From IMG/VR virus record IMGVR_UViG_3300008107_000046, positions 1 through 64,000 of that record: DNA of 64,000 bases; one strand, written 5' to 3'. A program made the position numbers and the translations under genes. This DNA is from a virus. The notes beneath the pieces are model-generated. The model made no database searches. It saw nothing but the letters and a program-made list of their open reading frames with translations, and was not told the DNA's origin. Below, in pieces: positions 39,753 to 49,114 of the stretch (its first letter is position 1; the number at the start of each line of letters is the position of its first letter).

Positions 39753-40239
39753 AATTTTATTAGAATTATCTGCAAAATATGCTAGGTATAATTTTCATAG
39801 AGAAGAAGAACCTGTTTATAAAGAGTTTTCAGAATTATCTACATTAATGACTTTTGAGGAATATAAAAAATGGGTAAAAAGTAGGTTTGAAAATTATTAC
39901 ACTATTATTTGTTTGATGTGGAAAGGTGATGAGAAGAGAATTGAGATGCAACTTTTAGATGATTACACTAATTTGGTTGACATTTATAGAGAAAAAAATG
40001 ATAACGTAAAACCGATTATAAATGAGACCACAAAAAATTTAAAAGATTTGTTATCATTTGCGATATATTTTTGTGAGTATAGGATTCAGCACATAACATT
40101 TGATAAATTTTCTGAAGGAAAAGAATACCAAGAAATATGTTTTGATACTCAATATTTTAGAGAAAAAAAGGAAATGTGGTTAAAACAATATGATAAATTA
40201 ATGAAAATGATTTATGAAGATCTAACCCATTCTGCATAA
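39742..40239 (+). CDS. hypothetical protein
   Basis: 165 aa ORF coupled to the radical SAM gene. Confidence 0.5.
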   Translation: METEILLELSAKYARYNFHREEEPVYKEFSELSTLMTFEEYKKWVKSRFENYYTIICLMWKGDEKRIEMQLLDDYTNLVDIYREKNDNVKPIINETTKNLKDLLSFAIYFCEYRIQHITFDKFSEGKEYQEICFDTQYFREKKEMWLKQYDKLMKMIYEDLTHSA

Positions 40240-40733
40240 ATTCTATTGTTGTTATCATACTTTAGATCTGTACATGTGAATTTAAAAACATTTGCAAATT
40301 TCATATGTAAATCATAAGACCATGGAAAGAAATCAATATTTTCGCATTCTTCATTTCCATGATCTTTTCTTCCTGGATTGCATCTCCAATAAATTCTTGC
40401 AGATGGTTTAAGTAACTTTACTACTGAATTAATTTCTGATATGATTTTATCTCCTGGTCCAAAGTTGATACTACCCAAACAAAAAGCAACATCAAATCTT
40501 ATGTCTGTTTTGAATTTGTCTATAGTTACTTTGTAATCCGCTTCATCAAATGCTGGGTCTATCCCAATTAAGTTTTTAATCTTACCTTTAAATGGGTTTG
40601 GTCCACATCCAACATCTAATACACACTCATCGTCGGATACTTTATTAATTAAATCCCAACCAGAGTATTTGTATTGGTCTAAATTACTAGACCATTTAGT
40701 TGCAAAATAATTATTCAATTCTTCTTGTTTCAT
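40212..40733 (-). CDS. class I SAM-dependent methyltransferase
   Basis: VLDVGCG motif I, IGIDP, FDVAFCLGSINF, LLKPSARIYWR. Confidence 0.8.
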   Translation of the reverse strand: MKQEELNNYFATKWSSNLDQYKYSGWDLINKVSDDECVLDVGCGPNPFKGKIKNLIGIDPAFDEADYKVTIDKFKTDIRFDVAFCLGSINFGPGDKIISEINSVVKLLKPSARIYWRCNPGRKDHGNEECENIDFFPWSYDLHMKFANVFKFTCTDLKYDNNNRIYAEWVRSS

Positions 40734-41310
40734 GAAATTACCTAAGAGAATATTTTTTACTGGAGTTCCTGGATCCCGTTGGAGTGGTATCGCTCAGACA
40801 TTAGAAACGATGTCTGGTATGAATACCTCTGATCGTACTCCTGAGCGTGAATACGTTCATCATAGTTATACTGGACATAAAGGAGCATATTTTGGACCTG
40901 GAATGGAATTTGAACCAATTCTTGATCCTGATTATATTGATCAGGCATGGGTTAAACCTCAAGGTTGTAAACTTGTTAAAAGTCATGAATGGTCTTATTA
41001 TCTAGGTCAAATAAAAAATAAGTTTCCTGATGATTGGATTGTTATGGTTTATAGACCTGACATGAATAGTTATGCCTGGTGGCATGAAGCAGGTGGGTTT
41101 CAAATTAAATATCCAAACTATACATCTTATAAAAACAGTGCTATAATGATGTCTGAGATTATGAAACAAAATTCTGAAATATTGAATTTTGGTATGATAA
41201 ATAAGTGCAAGTGGGAGTATTTTACTCCAACTTGGATAAATCAAAACTTTGGTCAGAACATTGAAGTGAAAACCGTATTTAATGATATTTTGATTACATT
41301 AATTAAATAA
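40732..41310 (+). CDS. P-loop / sulfotransferase-like protein
   Basis: IFFTGVPGSRWSG, LVKSH, IVMVYRP. Confidence 0.5.
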   Translation: MKLPKRIFFTGVPGSRWSGIAQTLETMSGMNTSDRTPEREYVHHSYTGHKGAYFGPGMEFEPILDPDYIDQAWVKPQGCKLVKSHEWSYYLGQIKNKFPDDWIVMVYRPDMNSYAWWHEAGGFQIKYPNYTSYKNSAIMMSEIMKQNSEILNFGMINKCKWEYFTPTWINQNFGQNIEVKTVFNDILITLIK

Positions 41311-41316
41311 TAAATA
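41309..41316 (+). promoter_or_regulatory. late promoter (AATAAATA)
   Basis: Upstream of ferritin-like gene, followed by RBS AAGGAG. Confidence 0.6.
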
Positions 41317-41344
41317 ATAGTACAATTTAAAGGAGTCTTTAAAA

Positions 41345-42019
41345 ATGCTTTCTGGAAAAGAATTTGTTAAAAAAATTAAGGAAGAGAATGCTGAACTTTT
41401 TGAGCAGTCACGCTTGAATGTTCGTCGTTTCTTTGCTTCAAATCCAAGCAAAGAGCATATGGTTGAGCACTTCCGTGGTCGCATGGTAAACGAAGCAATG
41501 AACATGAAGGCAATTGCTGCTGAAGTTGCTGCTGCTCCTGCATCCATGGACGTTACCGAACTTGAGTTGCTGACCAAGCAAGCACAAGATGAGGCAAAGC
41601 ACTTCCGTATGGTTAAGGAAGTTATTGAGCACATCTCAGGCGAAACCGTAGATGTTGATGCTGCATTTGCTGCAGAAGCATCAGCACCACAAGCAAAAGG
41701 TGCTACCCTTTTGGATAAGTACGGTGCATCTGAAGATCCTGCTGCTCTTGCTGCATACCAACTCGTTGCTGAAGGTCGTGCAGAAGCAGTTTGGAATGAA
41801 ATGGCAGAATGTGTAGAAGATGAGTTTATCTCTTCACGTTATGCTGCTATTGCTAAGGACGAAGGTTTCCATGCTAACATCGGTGGTTGGAAACTTGAGA
41901 AACTCGTAGAGGGTGCTTCTGACCTTCAAGAGCGTATCCTTGCAATGGTTGCTCAAATGCGTTCTGATCTCCTTGAGATCAGCAACAAGAACACCGCTGT
42001 TCCTTTTGCTGCCGTCTGA
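41345..42019 (+). CDS. ferritin-like diiron-carboxylate protein
   Basis: E..(DEAKH)...E...(DEGFH): two ExxH motifs in a helical protein. Confidence 0.8.
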   Translation: MLSGKEFVKKIKEENAELFEQSRLNVRRFFASNPSKEHMVEHFRGRMVNEAMNMKAIAAEVAAAPASMDVTELELLTKQAQDEAKHFRMVKEVIEHISGETVDVDAAFAAEASAPQAKGATLLDKYGASEDPAALAAYQLVAEGRAEAVWNEMAECVEDEFISSRYAAIAKDEGFHANIGGWKLEKLVEGASDLQERILAMVAQMRSDLLEISNKNTAVPFAAV

Positions 42020-42036
42020 TAGATAATTAAAATATT

Positions 42037-42291
42037 ATGAGTACAGTGGAATTGAGAAGACGTAAAGATAAAACTCGCATAATTAAGTGGGTTAGCGCCA
42101 GCACAATACTCATCGCAATGGTGTTTCATGTGCTGGGGCTAACCCCTTGGAATAGCATCCTACAACTAATTGGTGCTTCAGGGTGGACGTATGTTGGATT
42201 TAAATGGAAAGAACGTTCAATTATAATGAACTTTCTTCCACAATTTTTTATTATTATACCTGGATTGTTTTACTTATTTTTTATAAAATGA
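42037..42291 (+). CDS. small 3-TM membrane protein
   Basis: IKWVSASTILIA..PWNSILQLIG..GWTYVGFKWKERSII. Confidence 0.65.
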   Translation: MSTVELRRRKDKTRIIKWVSASTILIAMVFHVLGLTPWNSILQLIGASGWTYVGFKWKERSIIMNFLPQFFIIIPGLFYLFFIK

Positions 42292-43244
42292 CTGAAGAAA
42301 TTGATGAGTTAAAAAATTCTTTAGATTTTAGTAAAATAAGAATAGGATCACATAGATGGAGTGTTGAATCTAATAGAGAATTAGAATATATTGAGTGGGA
42401 TAGTTTACCTGATGATGTTGATGAACAACGAGATAACTTAAAAAGGTTTTTTTATGATCGTGATTATGAAAATATTTTATTGATTTTTTTTAAAAGTGGT
42501 GCTGGTGGGTTATTCTTATCAAATTGTCTTGCATTAAGTGATAGTGTTGGTAGTATTTTCATTGATATTGAAGAGAAAATAAGATTTTTTAATAAGTATC
42601 TTGAATCTCAAAAAGTTTTTTGGAATGATTGTTATATAAACAATACTTCACCAGAAGTCCATCAAAATAATAAAGAATACTTTAGAAAAAGATATCATTT
42701 TGTTTATGAACATAATCCAAAATATATAAAGCATCATTTAAAATTTTGGAGTAATTGTAATGTAATATACTTTACAAATCCAGATTTATTTTGTAAAATA
42801 CGTCAGTTATTGAAAAATATAGATGGGAATTTGGGATACATTAGTTATGAAAAAGTCAAAGAAGACTTAGATGATTATCCAATACCAAAAAGTTTTAAGG
42901 ATTTTTTTAATCTCCCTAAAAAAACTCAAGAAAGTTTAAAAAATGCTTATAAGAGTGATGAAAATTTAAGCACATTTTGCTTTCTTAAAAACAAAAAGTT
43001 ATTTTATGTTTGGGATACGAATTGGTATTTTTCTGAAGAAGATACTGTAACTCATATTAGAGAACTTTATGATTTATTTGGATTTAAAGATTTTAATGAT
43101 GAAGTGATACGCGAATTTTATAGAAAATGGATTTCAAAATTGGATTATTTTGCAGAGAGAGAAATTCCAGATAATATACAAGAATTACTTAAAGATAAAA
43201 AAAATTTTGATAAAGACATAACTTCTTTTTGGGATTTATACTGA
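42288..43244 (+). CDS. sulfotransferase-like P-loop paralogue 1
   Basis: KSGAGGLFLSNCLALS...WDTNWYFSEED; start reassigned to ATGA overlap at 42288. Confidence 0.5.
   Translation: MTEEIDELKNSLDFSKIRIGSHRWSVESNRELEYIEWDSLPDDVDEQRDNLKRFFYDRDYENILLIFFKSGAGGLFLSNCLALSDSVGSIFIDIEEKIRFFNKYLESQKVFWNDCYINNTSPEVHQNNKEYFRKRYHFVYEHNPKYIKHHLKFWSNCNVIYFTNPDLFCKIRQLLKNIDGNLGYISYEKVKEDLDDYPIPKSFKDFFNLPKKTQESLKNAYKSDENLSTFCFLKNKKLFYVWDTNWYFSEEDTVTHIRELYDLFGFKDFNDEVIREFYRKWISKLDYFAEREIPDNIQELLKDKKNFDKDITSFWDLY
43005..43099 (+). repeat. 95-bp near-identical direct repeat, copy 1
   Basis: 94/95 identical to 43934-44028. Confidence 0.85.
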
Positions 43245-44185
43245 TGACTAAAGAAATTAAAATTGGATCTCATAGATGGAACTCTAATTCTGGTAGACAA
43301 CTTGAATATATCAAGTGGCATGGTGTTCCAGATAACATAGAATATCAAAGAAAAAAATTAAAAAGATCTTTTTATGATCGTGATTACGATAAAGTTATAA
43401 TTTTGTTTTTCCAAAGTGGTGCTGGTGGACTGTTTTTAGCAAATTGTTTGTCTTTAAGTATTTCTGTTTGTAGTTCATTTGTTCATTTAAATGAGAAAAT
43501 AGAATTATTAAATAAGTATTTAAATTCTCAAGGGACTTTTTGGAATGATCTTTATCTGAATAATTATTATCCAGAATTGTTTTTAGAACAACCAGAAGAA
43601 GGTGTTTGGCACACTACAGACGGGTATTTTTTTGTTCATGAACATGAAGGTAAAAATATACCTTTACATTTAGATTTTTGGAATAATGCAAGTATGATTT
43701 ATTTCAAAAATACAGATCTTTTTTGTAAAATTAGAAAATTACTTAAAAATATTGATGGTAAAGCAGGTTATATAAGTTATGAACCACTGCTACCTAATAA
43801 AGAAGAATATCCTATCCCTCATAGTTTTTCTGAATTTTTTAATTTATCTACTAAAGAGCAAGATGATTTAAAAAATGCTTATAGAAGTGCAGATTTATAT
43901 TCATCATCATTTTTAAAAAATAAAAAACCTTTATATGTTTGGGATACGAATTGGTATTTTTCTGAAGAAGATACTGTAACTCATATTAAAGAACTTTATG
44001 ATTTATTTGGATTTAAAGATTTTAATGAAAAAATTATAACTTCGTATTATAGAAAGTGGATATCAACTTTAGATGAATTAAGCAAAACTGCGATACCTAA
44101 AATGCTTAATATTGATGAATTATTAAAAGATAGGCAAAATTATGATGTTGCAATATCTAACTTTAAAGATATTACAAAAAAATAA
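43244..44185 (+). CDS. sulfotransferase-like P-loop paralogue 2
   Basis: QSGAGGLFLANCLSLS...WDTNWYFSEED. Confidence 0.5.
   Translation: MTKEIKIGSHRWNSNSGRQLEYIKWHGVPDNIEYQRKKLKRSFYDRDYDKVIILFFQSGAGGLFLANCLSLSISVCSSFVHLNEKIELLNKYLNSQGTFWNDLYLNNYYPELFLEQPEEGVWHTTDGYFFVHEHEGKNIPLHLDFWNNASMIYFKNTDLFCKIRKLLKNIDGKAGYISYEPLLPNKEEYPIPHSFSEFFNLSTKEQDDLKNAYRSADLYSSSFLKNKKPLYVWDTNWYFSEEDTVTHIKELYDLFGFKDFNEKIITSYYRKWISTLDELSKTAIPKMLNIDELLKDRQNYDVAISNFKDITKK
43934..44028 (+). repeat. 95-bp near-identical direct repeat, copy 2
   Basis: 94/95 identical to 43005-43099. Confidence 0.85.
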
Positions 44186-45078
44186 TGAAAAAAATATTTT
44201 CTTATCTTTGGAGTTCTCATGGTGTAGAATATAAGTTAATTGATGAACATGAAATAAAAAATGACAAGGAAAGAATATATTCTTATATAAATCCAGATTA
44301 TAAAAATGTACTATTCATTTACTACAAAAGTGGTGCTGGAGGACTATTTTTGGCAAATTGTTTGGCACTAAGTGAACAGGTATATACTTTACATTCTACT
44401 TTAGATAGTAAAATTGAGTATTTAAATAATTCTTTAGAAAAACAAGAATTATTTTGGAATGATGTATATTTAATACCACCTATAATTGAATATGATACTC
44501 CAGAACATGTTCATAAAAACAGATACACAATAATATTTGATCATGATCCAAAAAATATAAAACTTCATTTGAAACATTGGAATAATCTGGATGTAATATA
44601 TTTTACAAATCCAGATTTATTCTGTAAAGTTAGAAGATTGTTAAAAAATTATGATGGTGTATTTGTTAAAGATAGTGTAGAATACATAAAAGATTGTGAT
44701 GAAAAAATGATTCCATCATCTATAAATGGATTTAGTTCTCTTGAAAAAGAAAAGCAGATAAAATTAAAAAATATTTTTAAAAGTGGCGAAAACCTAAACA
44801 ATTTTTGCTTTCTCAAAAACAAAAAATTATTTTATGTTTGGGATACAAACTGGTATTTTTCTGAAGATTGTACTATAATGCAAATAAAGGAACTTTATGA
44901 ACATTTAAATTTTCCAGATTTTCATGAAGATGTAGTACGCTCTTATTATAAAAAATGGATTTTAAAACTAGATGATTTGAGGTCTAAAGAAATACCTACT
45001 GATTTTACTAGTATTATTAATGATGAGAAGTACTACGATAAATCCATAGCAATACACGAAGAAAAAACCCCCATCTAA
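44185..45078 (+). CDS. sulfotransferase-like P-loop paralogue 3
   Basis: KSGAGGLFLANCLALS...YFTNPDLFCK...WDTNWYFSED. Confidence 0.5.
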   Translation: MKKIFSYLWSSHGVEYKLIDEHEIKNDKERIYSYINPDYKNVLFIYYKSGAGGLFLANCLALSEQVYTLHSTLDSKIEYLNNSLEKQELFWNDVYLIPPIIEYDTPEHVHKNRYTIIFDHDPKNIKLHLKHWNNLDVIYFTNPDLFCKVRRLLKNYDGVFVKDSVEYIKDCDEKMIPSSINGFSSLEKEKQIKLKNIFKSGENLNNFCFLKNKKLFYVWDTNWYFSEDCTIMQIKELYEHLNFPDFHEDVVRSYYKKWILKLDDLRSKEIPTDFTSIINDEKYYDKSIAIHEEKTPI

Positions 45079-45083
45079 AGATT

Positions 45084-45707
45084 ATGAAAAAAATGGTAAT
45101 TCTTACTGGACCACAAGGGTCTGGTAATCATCTTTGGTCTAAGATATTCTCACTGCACCCAGAAGTATTTGGGTGGAAGACACTTCTTGATAACTATTGG
45201 GAAGCACATAGATTTGCAGAACCATTCTGTGAACATTGGAAAGACCCATCAAAACTTAAGGACTTTGATTGGTCTACTCATGACTATTTCTTTACAAGTA
45301 TTAGTGTTCCTCTTGGTATTCAAGAAACTAAGTGGGAACCAAACATCATGAAGTTTGCAAATGAAGTTGAGAAACTTGGTATTGAAACTCAGATTGTTGT
45401 AATCGGTAGAGATCAAAATATTCTCAGACATCAACAGAATAGATTGAGAAAAGAAAGTACTCTTCATCATTTCATGAAACAACTTCCAGAGTTTCGTAAT
45501 CCAATCTTTTTGAGTTATGAACTTCTTTATCTCTACAAACAAGATTATTTGAAGTCTCTGAATGTTGGTATTCCAATTGCTTGGGATGATGATAGAGTAG
45601 ATGAAATACTATCTAATGATTCTAATGATAAGTATATTCAACATGTGCAGGAATATTTTCTAGATAATTGTAATAAAACTGGTATTCCATTAAAAACTCC
45701 AAAATAG
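45084..45707 (+). CDS. sulfotransferase-like P-loop protein, family B copy 1
   Basis: ILTGPQGSGNHLWSKIFSLHP, IGRDQNI, LSYELL. Confidence 0.55.
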   Translation: MKKMVILTGPQGSGNHLWSKIFSLHPEVFGWKTLLDNYWEAHRFAEPFCEHWKDPSKLKDFDWSTHDYFFTSISVPLGIQETKWEPNIMKFANEVEKLGIETQIVVIGRDQNILRHQQNRLRKESTLHHFMKQLPEFRNPIFLSYELLYLYKQDYLKSLNVGIPIAWDDDRVDEILSNDSNDKYIQHVQEYFLDNCNKTGIPLKTPK

Positions 45708-45708
45708 A

Positions 45709-46437
45709 ATGGAATGGCAACCATTTTTTCCAGCGCGTTATAATTTTAATTTTGAAACACATGATGAAAGAATAATTGATTTTTATTCTAAATTTAAAAA
45801 TAATAATAAAAACTCAAATTCCATTTTAATTATTTTTGAAGGAGGTTCTGGTGGAGGATTTCTTGCAAATTGCTTATCATTTAGCAGTAAAATTTCTTCC
45901 AAAATTAATAATAAATTAGAATACTTATTGGAAAAATTAAATATAATGGATGTTGTTTGGGATGATTTTCACTTAAACAATGTGATAGATGAAAACAATT
46001 ATTTCTTTATATTAGATCATCCACTTACAACAAATGTTTTAAAATATCATCTAAATTATTGGAAAAGTCCTACAGTCATTTTGTTTAAAAATCCCACATT
46101 ATTTTGTAAATTGAGGAGATGTGTTTGGGACGTTTCTGGGGAGATATGTTATGACCCAAATTATTTGGATGGTCAATTAAAAGATTATAATAAGTTTGGG
46201 GAATATAATGATAAAAATCAATTATATTCCTTTTGTGATATAAAAACAAAAACTAATTTTTACATTTGGGATACTAATTGGTATTTTTCATCAAAAGATA
46301 CTATTGAAAATTTGAAGATAATTTATCATTCTTTAGATCTTGGAGAATTTGACGAAAAATCTATATTGAAGTATTATAAATCATGGATTAATAAGATAAA
46401 TTATTTAAAGACTTTACCTGTTGTAGATAATGAATGA
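45709..46437 (+). CDS. sulfotransferase-like P-loop paralogue 4
   Basis: EGGSGGGFLANCLSFS...WDTNWYFS. Confidence 0.5.
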   Translation: MEWQPFFPARYNFNFETHDERIIDFYSKFKNNNKNSNSILIIFEGGSGGGFLANCLSFSSKISSKINNKLEYLLEKLNIMDVVWDDFHLNNVIDENNYFFILDHPLTTNVLKYHLNYWKSPTVILFKNPTLFCKLRRCVWDVSGEICYDPNYLDGQLKDYNKFGEYNDKNQLYSFCDIKTKTNFYIWDTNWYFSSKDTIENLKIIYHSLDLGEFDEKSILKYYKSWINKINYLKTLPVVDNE

Positions 46438-46786
46438 ATATTCAAAGTTAATAAAACTTGCAGAAAGTAATAGCACTACTCAGGATAAACTTGAAGAGTT
46501 ATCTAAACATGAGCACTATGGTATAAGATATCGAGTAGCAAAAAATTCTAATACATCATCTAAAATATTGTCTTCATTTATTTGTGATGAAAGTATATCA
46601 GTAAGATATGAAACTGCAAAAAATAAAAATGCTGATGTAAAAGATTTAGTTTCTTTACTTAAAGATAAGAGTTCAATAGTTGTCGATGCTGCTAAAAAAA
46701 CATTAGAATTAAAGACTGGTAAAGAAATTTCAACAACAACTACTACTGGGATAAGAAAAGTTAAACTCATTACTGATTATTTTTAA
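46430..46786 (+). CDS. HEAT / leucine-rich-variant repeat protein
   Basis: Repeats L..D....VR..VAKN.N. Confidence 0.65.
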   Translation: MNEYSKLIKLAESNSTTQDKLEELSKHEHYGIRYRVAKNSNTSSKILSSFICDESISVRYETAKNKNADVKDLVSLLKDKSSIVVDAAKKTLELKTGKEISTTTTTGIRKVKLITDYF

Positions 46787-46787
46787 T

Positions 46788-47438
46788 ATGAAAAAACTCT
46801 TAATTATCACTGGACCACAAGGATCTGGTAACCATTTCTTCAGCAGGGTATTCAGTACTCACCCTAAAGTTGGTGGATGGAAAAGTCTCCTTGATAAGTA
46901 TTGGGTTCCAAGTGATGAAGAATACTTCGCTAAGTATTGGGTTCACCCAGAAGAACTCACCGAAAAGGATTTTGATGGATTTGATTATTGGTTGGCGAAT
47001 GTAAGTTGTCCATTCTTCTATGATGGTGTTAGGTATATTCCTAAGATCAAAGAGTTTGCAGAACGAGCACAATCTTTTGGGATTGATGTTCAGATTGCAA
47101 TTATTGTGAGAGAACCAAACATTAATGCTCAGCAGCAACTCCGTGTAAGAAAAGAGATTACAACTCCTATTGCTCAGGATTACTATTATAATACTCTTAT
47201 TCCTTCTGGATTTAAAATACACTTCTTAGATAATGAAGCATTCTTTTTGCATCGCCAACATTATCTAAAGTGGGTGAGCGAACTTTTAGACTTCCCAGTT
47301 GATTATGATAATCCTGATATCTTTAAGTTTATTGTGGATGATCCAAATAAAAAATATGTTAAGTATATTGATGAATATTGGTTGGACAAAGAGGTGTTGG
47401 ATGGTGTAAGATCGAAGAAAGAGAGAGGAGTTTCCTAA
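46788..47438 (+). CDS. sulfotransferase-like P-loop protein, family B copy 2
   Basis: IITGPQGSGNHFFSRVFSTHP, IVREPNI; paralogue of 45084. Confidence 0.55.
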   Translation: MKKLLIITGPQGSGNHFFSRVFSTHPKVGGWKSLLDKYWVPSDEEYFAKYWVHPEELTEKDFDGFDYWLANVSCPFFYDGVRYIPKIKEFAERAQSFGIDVQIAIIVREPNINAQQQLRVRKEITTPIAQDYYYNTLIPSGFKIHFLDNEAFFLHRQHYLKWVSELLDFPVDYDNPDIFKFIVDDPNKKYVKYIDEYWLDKEVLDGVRSKKERGVS

Positions 47439-47617
47439 TGAACACTAGTCCACAATTTCCTTATCCTGGATTTCCTTATAAATTACAACATTTGGATAAA
47501 AAAGATAAGAAAGTTTGTTACTTTGAATGCAAAGAACACCTGGATAAATATCTACTGAGAAATAATCTGAAGAAAAAGGACGTTAACATTGAAATTAATA
47601 AAAAAACTAATAAGTGA
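47438..47617 (+). CDS. conserved cyanophage hypothetical protein
   Basis: FPYPGFPYKL...KVCYFECKEHLDKYL; start reassigned. Confidence 0.6.
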   Translation: MNTSPQFPYPGFPYKLQHLDKKDKKVCYFECKEHLDKYLLRNNLKKKDVNIEINKKTNK

Positions 47618-47693
47618 TATTAAAGATTATTATTACTTGATTAGATTGAAAAAAAGATTAAAAGGAAAAAAAGATCCGTTTATTTACAAATGA
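47589..47693 (+). CDS. 34-aa basic peptide ending KKDPFIYK, coupled to carbamoyltransferase
   Basis: TTG start; stop overlaps the carbamoyltransferase ATG (ATGA). Confidence 0.5.
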   Translation: MKLIKKLISDIKDYYYLIRLKKRLKGKKDPFIYK

Positions 47694-49114
47694 TTACTTG
47701 GGGAATTTCATCCGAAAGTCATAATGCTGCACTTTCTGTTTTTATGAATGATACTCTCATTTTTGCGAGTGAAAGTGAGAGATTTAGTGGTATCAAGAAT
47801 GATCCTCAATTGAATGATGGCATAATTAACTATGCATTATCATTTGGAAAACCAGAATTGGTCTGTTGGTATGAAAACCCATATAAAAAAACACTTAGAC
47901 AACTTCTTGCTGGTCAAGGATGGATCCAAAACGTCAAGAAGTATGTTGATGCTCCGATCAAGTATTATGATCACCATTATACTCATGCTTGTGCTGGTTA
48001 TTTCACCAGCAAGTTTGACGAGTGTTGCGTGGTGGTTATTGATGCTATAGGAGAATTTCAAACACTTACAATTTGGGAAGCAAAGGGTAATAAACTAAAA
48101 CTTAAATTTCAACGTAGATATCCACACAGCGTCGGACTTTGGTACTCTGCAATGACCCAAAGGTGTGGATTGAAACCAAATGAAGAAGAATATATCCTCA
48201 TGGGCATGTCTGCTTATGGGGATAAACTGCGTTATGAAAATGATATTTACCGAGATTTTATAGGATTTAGAACTGCGGCATTTAAAAAAAACTTACATAA
48301 AGGATGTAAGGATTGGAGACCAGATATTAATAATACTTTTGATATTGCTGCTGCAACTCAAGACATTTATGAAACAATATTTAGAGATATACTGCAGAAG
48401 GCATCTAATATTGTTAAAAGTAATAATTTAGTTTTGATGGGTGGGTGTGCGTTGAATTGTGTTGCAAATCCAATTGCGTATTATTATTATGATAATGTGT
48501 GGATTATGCCTGCACCTGGAGATAATGGATCTGCAATTGGTGCTGTGCTTGCACACAAAAAGAAACATATTGATTGGCATGGACCTTATCTTGGATATCA
48601 TATTAAATCAGTTGCATCAAACGAAGAAATTGTTAATCACTTGATGGATCATGGTCTTTGTGGAGTTGCAAGGGGTCGTGCAGAGTTTGGTCCCAGGGCA
48701 TTAGGTAATCGTAGTTTGCTTGCTGATCCTAGAGATCCTCAGATTAAGTCAATGGTTAATAATATCAAACAAAGACAACAGTTCAGACCATTTGCTCCTG
48801 TGATTATGGAGGAATATGTACATGATTATTTTAGGATGCCTACGAATTCTTCACCATATATGCAGTATGCAGTAAAATGTAGATATTCTAAAAAGTTTCC
48901 TGCGATTGTTCATGTAGATAAGACAAGTAGAGTTCAAACTGTAAATAGACAGCAGAATGCAGAACTTTATGATCTTTTGAAATTGTGGTATGAAAAAACT
49001 GGTTGTCCTATGTTACTGAATACCAGTTTAAATATTAAAGGAAAACCAATGGTGAATGACGAAAAAGATTGTAAAGAGTGGGAAGATATGTATAAGGTTA
49101 AAGTTTTTATATGA
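47690..49114 (+). CDS. NodU/CmcH-family O-carbamoyltransferase
   Basis: ESERFSGIKND, HHYTHA, GGCALN, PAPGDNGSAIG, GRAEFGPRALGNRS, FRPFAP, LNTSLN. Confidence 0.93.
   Translation: MITWGISSESHNAALSVFMNDTLIFASESERFSGIKNDPQLNDGIINYALSFGKPELVCWYENPYKKTLRQLLAGQGWIQNVKKYVDAPIKYYDHHYTHACAGYFTSKFDECCVVVIDAIGEFQTLTIWEAKGNKLKLKFQRRYPHSVGLWYSAMTQRCGLKPNEEEYILMGMSAYGDKLRYENDIYRDFIGFRTAAFKKNLHKGCKDWRPDINNTFDIAAATQDIYETIFRDILQKASNIVKSNNLVLMGGCALNCVANPIAYYYYDNVWIMPAPGDNGSAIGAVLAHKKKHIDWHGPYLGYHIKSVASNEEIVNHLMDHGLCGVARGRAEFGPRALGNRSLLADPRDPQIKSMVNNIKQRQQFRPFAPVIMEEYVHDYFRMPTNSSPYMQYAVKCRYSKKFPAIVHVDKTSRVQTVNRQQNAELYDLLKLWYEKTGCPMLLNTSLNIKGKPMVNDEKDCKEWEDMYKVKVFI

Noticed and set aside
43005-44028. 95-bp repeat pair as a diversity-generating retroelement TR/VR
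   Set aside because: Only one mismatch, both copies are coding, and there is no reverse transcriptase in the window
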